This document shows positions 17,939 to 25,537 of a stretch of 56,119 nt of DNA, piece after piece. Below the pieces are notes generated by a model, which was not told where the DNA came from, searched no databases, and was given only the letters and a program-made list of their open reading frames with translations. Source of the stretch: a virus (Duplodnaviria; Caudoviricetes); the IMG/VR virus record IMGVR_UViG_3300036820_000642, positions 1-56,119 of that record. One strand, given 5' to 3'. Every line of letters begins with the position of its first letter. Within the stretch, counting starts at the first letter, position 1. A program made the position numbers and the translations under genes.

Positions 17939-18247
17939 CTAGACCCCAACAGGATTAACAACGAAACGTTGAATGCTGTAATCCCGCATCAAACCTGCGA
18001 CATGCCAGTAAGCGGAATTACCGCGGTCGTCGACAACCTTCAAGAACAGATCACGGATATCATCGCTGCGAATCGAGACTGTCTCGACTCCATCCCGATA
18101 GCGGACAATCGCGCGAGCATGCCGCACAACCGCCGGCCAATCCACACGACCCCAAATAACCGTGGCGTTGGTTTCCGCGGCGCGCATGACTTCATATAGT
18201 CCGGCCGCTTCCGCGAGCGTGAGATTGCCCCAATTGGTGGTTCCCAT
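17939..18247 (-). CDS. Early hypothetical protein
   Basis: Start-associated motif; stop within hairpin arm. Confidence 0.7.
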   Translation of the reverse strand: MGTTNWGNLTLAEAAGLYEVMRAAETNATVIWGRVDWPAVVRHARAIVRYRDGVETVSIRSDDIRDLFLKVVDDRGNSAYWHVAGLMRDYSIQRFVVNPVGV

Positions 18248-18345
18248 TTGATTCTCTCCCCTCTGTTAGATACCTCCGTTTAGGCACCTACAGCAAAAAA
18301 GGATCAACACCACAATGGGTGTTGATCCTTCTCTACTGTCAGCGT

Positions 18346-18564
18346 CTAGGAAATGATGCTCACACACTCCCAACACGTAACCTCACTACGATGCGTCGCC
18401 AGATGCCCAGCCTCATCGCCTGGGCGCGTCTCCGCGGACCCGCACACGGGTTCTGCGCGCCACAGAGGCCCATCGTCCAGCCAATCGGACAGGTCCACAG
18501 CATGAACCGTCCCATCGTCATACTCCACACCCTCATAACCCGCAGGTGTATGAATGCTAACCAT
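18346..18564 (-). CDS. Early protein with H/C Zn-finger-like motif
   Basis: VHA...PVCG...VTCWEC; start-associated motif. Confidence 0.7.
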   Translation of the reverse strand: MVSIHTPAGYEGVEYDDGTVHAVDLSDWLDDGPLWRAEPVCGSAETRPGDEAGHLATHRSEVTCWECVSIIS

Positions 18565-18662
18565 GTTGACTCTTGTCTCCCCTCTTACGTGTGCTCTCAT
18601 CTAGGCACACTCCACAATGCCCGCACTACCGAGGTAGCGCATTGGGCACAGTGGGGCAGTGT

Positions 18663-18983
18663 CTAGCTGTCCGAGTCGTCCGCGAACATGGCCAGTACCT
18701 CTGACCAACGTCCCAACTGTTCGCCCATCATTTCCGCGTAGATGCGAGCGGCTTCCGCATGCGTCTTAGGCGTACCCGTAGTCAGGGCATCCTGTCCGCG
18801 GGTGACGTACTCGTACTTGTGGACCACATGCCCATCAACCACGAGCGCCGTATCCCATCCGCCGGCGTAGGCCTGGCCTACCGTGCCTCCACCAGCCTTA
18901 GACACATGAATCGTCATGATGTTAGGCGCAGCATCCACGGAGTATTCTGGCGAACCCGAGTAATCAAACTCGAAAGCATCCAT
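18663..18983 (-). CDS. Early hypothetical protein
   Basis: KAGGGTVGQAYAGGW...TGTPKTHAEAA; start-associated motif. Confidence 0.75.
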   Translation of the reverse strand: MDAFEFDYSGSPEYSVDAAPNIMTIHVSKAGGGTVGQAYAGGWDTALVVDGHVVHKYEYVTRGQDALTTGTPKTHAEAARIYAEMMGEQLGRWSEVLAMFADDSDS

Positions 18984-19062
18984 GTGATTCTCTCCTCTTT
19001 GCGTAGAGTCCTGATTGACTCAACACCCCACCCTACAGGGTGGGGGATTCAACCAACCAACC

Positions 19063-19488
19063 TCAATCCTTCGGCACATACGCAACCCACTTACCGCGCG
19101 ACACACGCGCATGATCATGATTCGCAGTAGCCGCATACGCGCCATTCACAAGCACATCGGCGCCCAACACTGCGCAGCTTGACCACCCAAGCAAGCGATT
19201 GAATTCATAGTCGGGAATGTCGTCACAGTGACTCTGCACAGTCCACATGCCCATGTGCTTAAAGTCGGTAGACCGATATAGATACCCGACTACCTCACCC
19301 GAGGTAAGGTCGATAACCGCCAATTCATGTCCTGTATCGTCATACGCGTAGCGGACACGCGCAATCGGCTTATCCCAACGCTGGCCGCTAGGCCCAGATA
19401 CGCACATGCGATACAGGACACAGGAACCCTCCCAATCCACTAGTAGTTTGTGGATATTGGCAGCATTCCGTAGCGCTTTAGCACCCAT
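19063..19488 (-). CDS. Early hypothetical protein
   Basis: Start-associated motif. Confidence 0.7.
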   Translation of the reverse strand: MGAKALRNAANIHKLLVDWEGSCVLYRMCVSGPSGQRWDKPIARVRYAYDDTGHELAVIDLTSGEVVGYLYRSTDFKHMGMWTVQSHCDDIPDYEFNRLLGWSSCAVLGADVLVNGAYAATANHDHARVSRGKWVAYVPKD

Positions 19489-19575
19489 TGATTCTCGTCT
19501 CCTCTCAACTGTTGTCACTCAACAGTCAACAGCGCTCCACTCACGGTGGAGCCCTGCAAACCATTGACCAACCAC

Positions 19576-19818
19576 TCACGCCGCAATGTCTTCCAACGGC
19601 ATCACCCGCGCCCAACGACGCGCCGCGCCGATATCCGCTGGCGTGTCCAACTCGTCAACCACTGCCATGGGATGGAGGCGTATGAGTCCGTCAACCGCAC
19701 TCGATACACATCCGAACGGAGTAGGCCCAACAACATGCCTGCCATCCGCCAGGAACATTTCCGCCCACACTGGGCAGTCATCACCCGGTAGGGTGAACAC
19801 GTAATACTGCTCATTCAT
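19576..19818 (-). CDS. Early hypothetical protein
   Basis: Start-associated motif. Confidence 0.7.
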   Translation of the reverse strand: MNEQYYVFTLPGDDCPVWAEMFLADGRHVVGPTPFGCVSSAVDGLIRLHPMAVVDELDTPADIGAARRWARVMPLEDIAA

Positions 19819-19902
19819 GTTGACTCCCTTGTCTCCTCTTTGGTTAGGCACTAGGTACCTACAGCAACGCGCCTCCACACAGAGGCGCACCACTGTCAAC
19901 AC

Positions 19903-20394
19903 CTAGTCCGGAATCTCCGACCGACGATTGGTCCCCAAGAACCAATCCAAAACCCGTATCGCATGACACATAGACAGCCGCTCTATCGCGTGCTCGGGCA
20001 TGTCCCGCACAGCAGCGAGCAACGCAGCTTGCTTAGCTGCACACAGCTCCGTCACTGTCCTGTCTTTGATGTCATCCCAAGTGGTACCTGTGTGCAGGTC
20101 ACGTGTGACCGCATCGGTAATCACAGGAATGGACACGTTGTCCAACGGTCGCCGGGCACGTAGGCGCATGTCCACGATGTCAGACACCGCATTCATACGC
20201 TCTTGCCATGCTTCCCAATCACCAGGATCGGGCACGCCCTGCAACAGGTACTCGTTCGCGTCCACATAGTCATGCAACGCAGAGAACGAATTGACATCCG
20301 CCGGCACATCCATCTCCGGGTTCACGATGTCAGAATCGATAAGAGCCATCACCCTATCGGCCCATACCTGTAGAGCACGTTCTTGTATTCCCAT
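19903..20394 (-). CDS. Early protein (VP..V.SFSALHDYVDANEY motif)
   Basis: Start-associated motif; conserved-looking LHDYVDAN motif. Confidence 0.75.
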   Translation of the reverse strand: MGIQERALQVWADRVMALIDSDIVNPEMDVPADVNSFSALHDYVDANEYLLQGVPDPGDWEAWQERMNAVSDIVDMRLRARRPLDNVSIPVITDAVTRDLHTGTTWDDIKDRTVTELCAAKQAALLAAVRDMPEHAIERLSMCHAIRVLDWFLGTNRRSEIPD

Positions 20395-20468
20395 GCTGAT
20401 TCTCTCCTCTCGATTGGCCCTAACAGCCATGGCAGCGACCCCACACCGTGGGGTCACCACCAAACCAG

Positions 20469-20708
20469 CTAGGACAAATCAGCCCGACCATTCCTAACCG
20501 CATGGTCGGCACTACCCAACCCATGAACGAGCAAGGCAGCATCGCGCAGACTGCGCAGTGTCAGCACCTCACCTCCGGCCAGCGTGACAATCCTCGCGTC
20601 ATAGACGCGATACCAGCCACGGATGAGATGCGTTTCCTTGTGATGATCCAATGCACGGTTCACTGTCTCGTCAGTGCACTTGTGATCACCGATCTTGACC
20701 GATGCCAT
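20469..20708 (-). CDS. Early hypothetical protein
   Basis: ATG just after upstream TGA; stop in hairpin arm. Confidence 0.65.
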   Translation of the reverse strand: MASVKIGDHKCTDETVNRALDHHKETHLIRGWYRVYDARIVTLAGGEVLTLRSLRDAALLVHGLGSADHAVRNGRADLS

Positions 20709-20710
20709 GA

Positions 20711-20794
20711 TCAGTACCCGTAGCCGTTCGCGAGAATGGCCACAGCGATGATCAGAACCCACGCAGACACGACAACGATCATCTTGGTAGACAT
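20711..20794 (-). CDS. 27-aa single-TM peptide MSTKMIVVVSAWVLIIAVAILANGYGY (first gene of the early operon)
   Basis: Strong SD GAGAGGAGAGG; fully hydrophobic core. Confidence 0.65.
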   Translation of the reverse strand: MSTKMIVVVSAWVLIIAVAILANGYGY

Positions 20795-21107
20795 CGCCTC
20801 TCCTCTCGTTTGGGACGCCACAGAGGCGCCCTCAGAACGCGCCTCCACAGAGGCGCATCCTCAAGGCTCATGGCATAGCTTCGCCATGAACCCCAATCAG
20901 AGGAGAATCAACCCACTATTCACGAATACTCCCCCCACACCGGCTTTCCGTAGTATCCAAGGTCCACGTCAGCAAACACGCTCCAAACCCCTACAGGGGT
21001 AAGTCTCACGCTGGTCTGGCACTCGCAGGCTTACGGCACCGCCGTAGTTCCATGCTTGGGCTATAGGTCGCCAGCCCACACCTACAGGGCTGGCGTTTGA
21101 CTACCGG

Positions 21108-21150
21108 TATGGAGTTATCAAGCACCAAACCGGCGCCTCCGAGAGGCGCC
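21108..21150 (-). promoter_or_regulatory. rrn-like boxB hairpin plus boxA antitermination element
   Basis: GGCGCCTC-TCG-GAGGCGCC hairpin then GTGCTTGATAACTCCATA, resembling actinobacterial rrn boxA (TGCTTGAGAACTCAA). Confidence 0.55.
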
Positions 21151-21183
21151 CATCCGGCCGAACCAACCAGCCGAACAATCCAC

Positions 21184-21212
21184 AGTCTGACTTACTCTTA
21201 CAATCCTGTCAA
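21184..21212 (-). promoter_or_regulatory. Strong leftward early promoter
   Basis: TTGACA-17 bp-CAGACT. Confidence 0.7.
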
Positions 21213-21675
21213 CGTGACCTACATCACACCAGGAGTAGAGCTCGCAAGATGGTATGAGGGCATGTGTGTAGCACATGATGTAGCACACTTAGATGTCTAA
21301 GTATCATGCCTGGTCGTGCATGCTCGACTATATGTCGAATGTGAGGCGCCTACCTATACAGACATATGCGACAAAGCTGGGCACCAATATTGCTGCTTAA
21401 CGAGTCGTCATAATGTAATGATCGTTAACATTGCAGCAAGAGGGCAGTTGTCGAATGTTTTAGCGGGGTGTGGGGATGGGCGCGCAGCGGTTGCCCGCAA
21501 TATTTTTTGGGTTGGTATTGAATGGTTTGCCGCCCTTGTTGTGGGCGGTTATTGTGCCATTGTGGTATGGTTTTTATTGGTGGCCTGTGGGCCGTTGTTT
21601 GTGTTTTTGTGTGTGTGTTTTTGGTGGTGTTTTGGAGTGGATTGTAAAACTTTTGGGTTTGATAGGGCGAGATTG

Positions 21676-22020
21676 GTGCCGCAGTTGGCGGCACGGAATG
21701 CGAGGGTTTGCTGCCGTTGCGATAGGTGGTTTGCGGCTCGCTCGCGGGAGCGGGTGTGCGATGGGTGTTCACCTGCGAAAACGCGCACTTTGAGGGCGCT
21801 TAAAGGCAATGACACCGGACCGGCCCTATGGATGCGCAAAACCCCAGGTCAGAAGGGGGTCGAAGCTGCCTTTGTGGGCGTGTATTCCGATGACCTGGGT
21901 TTGACGTTCCGCTGCAAGGTGTCTGACCCTCGCGCCGGGGGCCTGCTATGCCGCGTCTTGGCCTATGAAGAGGCCGCGAGGGACCAGCGGAAACACCGCG
22001 CCCGGTTTGACGCTGCGTAG
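21676..22020 (+). CDS. Zn-finger hypothetical protein
   Basis: CCRC...CDGC; upstream part of the ORF track call is G/T low-complexity DNA. Confidence 0.5.
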   Translation: MPQLAARNARVCCRCDRWFAARSRERVCDGCSPAKTRTLRALKGNDTGPALWMRKTPGQKGVEAAFVGVYSDDLGLTFRCKVSDPRAGGLLCRVLAYEEAARDQRKHRARFDAA

Positions 22021-22282
22021 CTGCCGTGTTACCGTTCCATCGCTGGTCATCGGTAACACGGTGGCCAGGTTGAGGCTCCCTGGCGGGGCCTCGGAGGGCG
22101 GGTCACTTGAGGGGATGCCCCCGAAGGTGGCCGTGAGAGAGGTTGACCCCCGTCCCCCCGGCCGGGGGTTCGGGTGTGCGCGGTACAGGTGGCTCCTACC
22201 TCCCCGCGCCTCACGGCGCTTAGTGAAGCCCTTGACGGTGACTCGTCCTCCACCTTTGTTCGGCAACAGTGTGGGGGGGAAT

Positions 22283-22546
22283 GTGTCTTTGAAGTGGCGC
22301 CGCCTGGCGGCGCGGTCCCTGATCGTGTTCATCCCGTCTGCCATCGTCGGTATTGACATGGCAGCCGGTGTGTCGCTGTGGCTCCTTCCGCGGCTAGCCA
22401 CGCAAGCGCTGCTTGCGGTCGTCTTCATGACGAATCTGCCCGCAGGCGCGTTCCTCGCGTTGTACTTCCACGCGGTTACGGGCTGCCCGGCAACGCGGGT
22501 ACTGGCAGCGCAGTACCACCAGGCGAAGGCGGCGAAAACCGGATGA
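22283..22546 (+). CDS. Membrane protein
   Basis: GGGGGGG SD, hydrophobic segments, ATGA coupling. Confidence 0.6.
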   Translation: MSLKWRRLAARSLIVFIPSAIVGIDMAAGVSLWLLPRLATQALLAVVFMTNLPAGAFLALYFHAVTGCPATRVLAAQYHQAKAAKTG

Positions 22547-22734
22547 GGAGATTCCGGTGGAGACGGGCCGCCTGCATGGTTGTGGCCGCCGCCGGTGGCG
22601 GGGTGCTGATCGCGCAGATACCCGCCGGCACGCCTCGGGCACGCGTCGCCCTGGCCATCGGGTGGGGTGCATTCTGCCTCATCCTGTCCCTCGTGGTCGG
22701 CCTATCCGGCTGGTTCGGGAGGCGGGGCCTGTGA
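22543..22734 (+). CDS. Membrane protein (2 TM)
   Basis: Hydrophobic, coupled. Confidence 0.6.
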   Translation: MRRFRWRRAACMVVAAAGGGVLIAQIPAGTPRARVALAIGWGAFCLILSLVVGLSGWFGRRGL

Positions 22735-22943
22735 ACAAGGACGGGTTCCGCTGGTGGGTGGTCCTCGCGATCGTCGCCGCCTACTTCGGCGGCTCCCAGC
22801 TCGCCACCGGGCTACTCCAACCCGGCTGGGGTCTGGTCGCAGTTCAGGCGGTCTGGTTCCTCGGGATGATGGGGTTCTCATGGCAGGCCGCTGAACGCCG
22901 CTGGTTCATGGGCGGTGACGACAATGACGATTCAGAGCATTGA
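22731..22943 (+). CDS. Membrane protein (2 TM)
   Basis: Hydrophobic, coupled. Confidence 0.6.
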   Translation: MNKDGFRWWVVLAIVAAYFGGSQLATGLLQPGWGLVAVQAVWFLGMMGFSWQAAERRWFMGGDDNDDSEH

Positions 22944-23250
22944 CGACCGCCAGCGCGTTCTTGAGAAGATGCGCCCCTACTTCGAGAACATCAGCGGTGT
23001 TGCACTGACCACGATCCATGGCGGATACCAGGTCAGGGAAACTGACACTCATCTGATCCAGGTTCACGCGATGCTTTTCAACTGGCGGATAGTCACTATC
23101 CCCAAAGATGCCCCGTGGTCGATTGACCGCGGATGGTGTTATCAGGGGCTTGATAGTGGCGCGTTCACGCGCGCCGTCCTGGCGGCTATGGCGTGGGACG
23201 GCTCCGACGACACGGAGCCGCCTGGCTATTTCAAGAGGGCGGGGGCATGA
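22924..23250 (+). CDS. Conserved phage hypothetical protein
   Basis: MLFNWRI...DRGWCY...AWDG...EPPGY. Confidence 0.7.
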   Translation: MTIQSIDDRQRVLEKMRPYFENISGVALTTIHGGYQVRETDTHLIQVHAMLFNWRIVTIPKDAPWSIDRGWCYQGLDSGAFTRAVLAAMAWDGSDDTEPPGYFKRAGA

Positions 23251-23765
23251 CGGAGGAGGAGAAGGAAGAGGTTCGTGCGCTTACGCGCGGACTGCATGAG
23301 GCGATACAGGACGCTAACGCGGCTGCCGCCAAGCTGAGAGCTGAGCGGAGGCAGATCGAAAGCACGGTCGCTGAGAGCGTCGCGAATCTGCTTGACAACG
23401 GTCGAAGACTCGCAGTGGAAGAAATCCAGGACGTTCTAGATAAGACCATGGACAATATTCGCATGACGGTGGCGACTGCTGCCGGCGCTAAGAGTCCGGA
23501 AGAATTCTTCCAGGTCGTCGCGGAACAAGTCATCTTCGGAATCCGGCCGCTGGTCGATTCGGCCGTTGAGAGAGTGCTAGCGCGACAGCATCAAACCGCA
23601 GTTCAAGAACGCAAGCAGAACAGAAAGAAAAAGGGGCGGGATAGTAAATGGGGTTCCTCGGATGCCAGTCGTATTGTATTCACGGCGGGTGCTGCCTCGG
23701 TCCACTCAACCACGGCGGATTCCATAAACACCAGTACTGCACATGGAGTGATGCGCAAAGCCTGA
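23247..23765 (+). CDS. Coiled-coil protein, paralog of 24156-24584
   Basis: EVRALTRGLHEA...GAKSPEE. Confidence 0.7.
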   Translation: MTEEEKEEVRALTRGLHEAIQDANAAAAKLRAERRQIESTVAESVANLLDNGRRLAVEEIQDVLDKTMDNIRMTVATAAGAKSPEEFFQVVAEQVIFGIRPLVDSAVERVLARQHQTAVQERKQNRKKKGRDSKWGSSDASRIVFTAGAASVHSTTADSINTSTAHGVMRKA

Positions 23766-23887
23766 CACGGGCACAAGCGGATGCGCTGATCCTCACCCAT
23801 CCGGACGGCTGGATGATGCTCGCCGAGCAGGAGGCGGCCGAGATCGCAGCAGTAACCGCGATGCTGATGTTCGACGGCAGGCTCTGA
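23648..23887 (+). CDS. Small Cys/His-rich protein
   Basis: ORF abutting 23888; overlaps previous gene. Confidence 0.4.
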   Translation: MGFLGCQSYCIHGGCCLGPLNHGGFHKHQYCTWSDAQSLTRAQADALILTHPDGWMMLAEQEAAEIAAVTAMLMFDGRL

Positions 23888-24166
23888 ATGATTTTCGTGC
23901 CGCAGTCCGCACCCAAACTCCTGCGCCCGAAAATGGGCGGCACTGACATGCTGTCGTTCGAGTACGCGGGGAACTGGCGCGTACTCGGCGCCCTGGTGGT
24001 CGGCGGGGAGGAACGGAAATGGTTCCAGGCACGCCCCTCGCAGGGGTTCCCCCTGACAGTGGTCCCGGTGTTCTCGTGCCCGCTGTGCGGACACCAGTCC
24101 ACGAACCTTTATGACGTTCTTGAAGGGGCTTGCCGCCCTTGCCGGGGTTTCAGCCATGAATCGTAA
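23888..24166 (+). CDS. Hypothetical protein with C-terminal Zn ribbon
   Basis: FSCPLCG...D...GACRPC. Confidence 0.6.
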   Translation: MIFVPQSAPKLLRPKMGGTDMLSFEYAGNWRVLGALVVGGEERKWFQARPSQGFPLTVVPVFSCPLCGHQSTNLYDVLEGACRPCRGFSHES

Positions 24167-24584
24167 ATCACCCGTTCCCACGTCGGCAGACGAGATCCGG
24201 GAACTAACCCGCGCCCTTAACGAGGCCACGAAAGACGCCAGGCAGGAACGCCAGGCCACCGAAAGACTCCTGGCCCGCATGAAGGCTGATTTTGAAACCG
24301 ACCTCGTGAAGCTCATCGAAAGCGAAGGGCGAGAGGTAAGGGAACTGATCGACAAGGAAGTAGCCCACATACAGGGCATGTTCGAGGAAACTAACAGAAG
24401 GGTGCGGGGGCACCAGGCGGAACTACTCGGGTATAAAAGCCCCGAAGAACTCATGCAAGGCTTGCTCGACGGCATAGCCGACATACTCGCCAAGAAGATC
24501 GATAAGTCGAACGCAGAGATGTATGGGAAACTTGATGCCAATCTAGCGAAGCTCAGGCGACAAAGGCCGGTCGCCCCCAAATAG
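24156..24584 (+). CDS. Coiled-coil protein, paralog of 23247-23765
   Basis: EIRELTRALNEA...GYKSPEE. Confidence 0.7.
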   Translation: MNRKSPVPTSADEIRELTRALNEATKDARQERQATERLLARMKADFETDLVKLIESEGREVRELIDKEVAHIQGMFEETNRRVRGHQAELLGYKSPEELMQGLLDGIADILAKKIDKSNAEMYGKLDANLAKLRRQRPVAPK

Positions 24585-25150
24585 GGGGCCTTGCAGCTAT
24601 TGCCCTTTACCTGTCTCCACTATGCCTGACCAGCGCAAACGTAATCGTTATAAAATAGTTATCAGATTGTGTGTCCCGCTGAGGCGGTCCCGAGAGGGTG
24701 TTAATAGTAGAGGGAGAAAACGGGCCTCCCCCTCCCCTCACACTCCCCTCCCTCTCCTCCCTCTCCTACTGGCCCGCTGTAGCGGGCCATTGCAGTAACA
24801 GTAGTAGTAACTGTTCGTAAGAACAGCTCCGCTGTTCTTACTCACGCAGTACAGGGTTTCTTGAACCCCACTCTTTCGCCGCTGGCTAGAGACATCAAAG
24901 ATGTCCGGTTATTTCACGACAGCGCTGACGGCCTAAAGGCCGAGGTGCAGTTCATCGGAGCCGGACTCCATCGCGTACCGCGTGTGATTGATAATCATCG
25001 CTCTCGCGGCGCCCTCGGGCACAGGCTTGCCGGCCTGACGGTAATAGGAATCGATCCATTCCAGGTAGGCCCCCTCATCCTCTAGGGCGTACCTTGCCGC
25101 GTTCACCAATGAGGCAAGCAACTCCGGGTTTCTGCACATGCAGTAATCAT

Positions 25151-25223
25151 AGCGGGGTGTTAGCAGTGGTAGCTTGCCGGACTCATAATCCGGAGGTCGC
25201 GGGTTCGATCCCCGCCCCCGCCA
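25151..25223 (+). tRNA. tRNA-CAT, initiator (fMet)-like
   Basis: Cloverleaf: AGCGGGG/CCCCGCC (1:72 mismatch), CCGGA-CTCATAA-TCCGG, GCGGG-TTCGATC-CCCGC; no encoded CCA. Confidence 0.85.
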
Positions 25224-25235
25224 CTTGTCAATGTG

Positions 25236-25327
25236 GCCGCCTGGTCGATCCCAGGCGGCAAGATCCAAGCTGCTGTGATCCCTGCCAATGGCAATGGATC
25301 ACAACCAGTCACACCGCAAGGTGTGAC
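25236..25327 (+). ncRNA. Unknown structured RNA (three hairpins, one with GCAA tetraloop)
   Basis: gccgcctgg/ccaggcggc; tgtgatcc/ggatcaca; gtcacacc-GCAA-ggtgtgac. Confidence 0.5.
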
Positions 25328-25329
25328 AA

Positions 25330-25413
25330 GGGCGTGCCAGGCATCGTGGCACGGGCAGACCCTCAAAATCTGCACCGACCTAGACACGGGTTCAACTCCC
25401 GTCACGTCCACCA
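25330..25413 (+). ncRNA. Mini-tmRNA: tRNA-like domain only (no pseudoknots or tag ORF)
   Basis: Acceptor GGGCGTG/CACGTCC with G3-U70, A73, encoded CCA; stemless D-loop CCAGGCATCG; 3-nt GAC linker; T-arm ACGGG-TTCAACT-CCCGT. Confidence 0.75.
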
Positions 25414-25528
25414 AAGGGTATGCGGAAATTGGCGGCTGGCCTCGGCTGGCGTGGGTTTCGGCACCCTCCATACCCTTCTAAGTTCGGCTCCGGGCTGGGA
25501 AACCATCCGCGCAAGTACCCCCGGAGCC
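25414..25528 (+). ncRNA. Unknown structured RNA(s): two branched stem domains
   Basis: aagggtatg/cataccctt closing stem; ggctccggg/cccggagcc enclosing GAAA and GCAA tetraloop hairpins. Confidence 0.5.
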
Positions 25529-25537
25529 ACACCCCAT

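Larger units (their letters stand above)
16778..20410 (-). repeat. Start-associated motif (G)AGAGGAG...AGAATCA/GAGTCA-N0-3-start before about 9 leftward genes
   Basis: + strand tgattctc/tgactc...tctcc immediately after the start codon positions 16777, 17501, 17823, 18247, 18564, 18983, 19488, 19818, 20394. Confidence 0.85.
16810..20473 (-). repeat. Nine intergenic long imperfect hairpins (candidate RNase III processing sites)
   Basis: 16810-16865, 17535-17584, 17851-17942, 18281-18348, 18601-18666, 19013-19068, 19525-19568, 19850-19907, 20419-20473; each begins at or near a stop codon. Confidence 0.75.

Noticed and set aside
16778-20410. CRISPR array associated with the Cas4-like gene
   Set aside because: Repeats are short, degenerate and separated by whole genes; no cas1/cas2; solo Cas4-like nucleases are common in phages
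16810-20473. Integron-like attC array served by the tyrosine recombinase
   Set aside because: No consistent RYYYAAC/GTTRRRY cores, pairing depends on sense-strand G-U wobble, and the recombinase is distant and not evidently IntI-like
21316-21675. N-terminal membrane domain of ORF 21316-22020
   Set aside because: Hydrophobicity is an artefact of G/T low-complexity DNA
25354-25373. Selenocysteine/opal-suppressor or Leu(CAA) tRNA from loop CCCUCAAAA
   Set aside because: Loop is 9 nt, there is no D-stem, and overall geometry matches the tmRNA tRNA-like domain
25383-25413. attP core copied from the host tmRNA 3' end
   Set aside because: It pairs with its own 5' acceptor strand 50 nt upstream and lies about 25 kb from the integrase; not fully excluded without the host sequence
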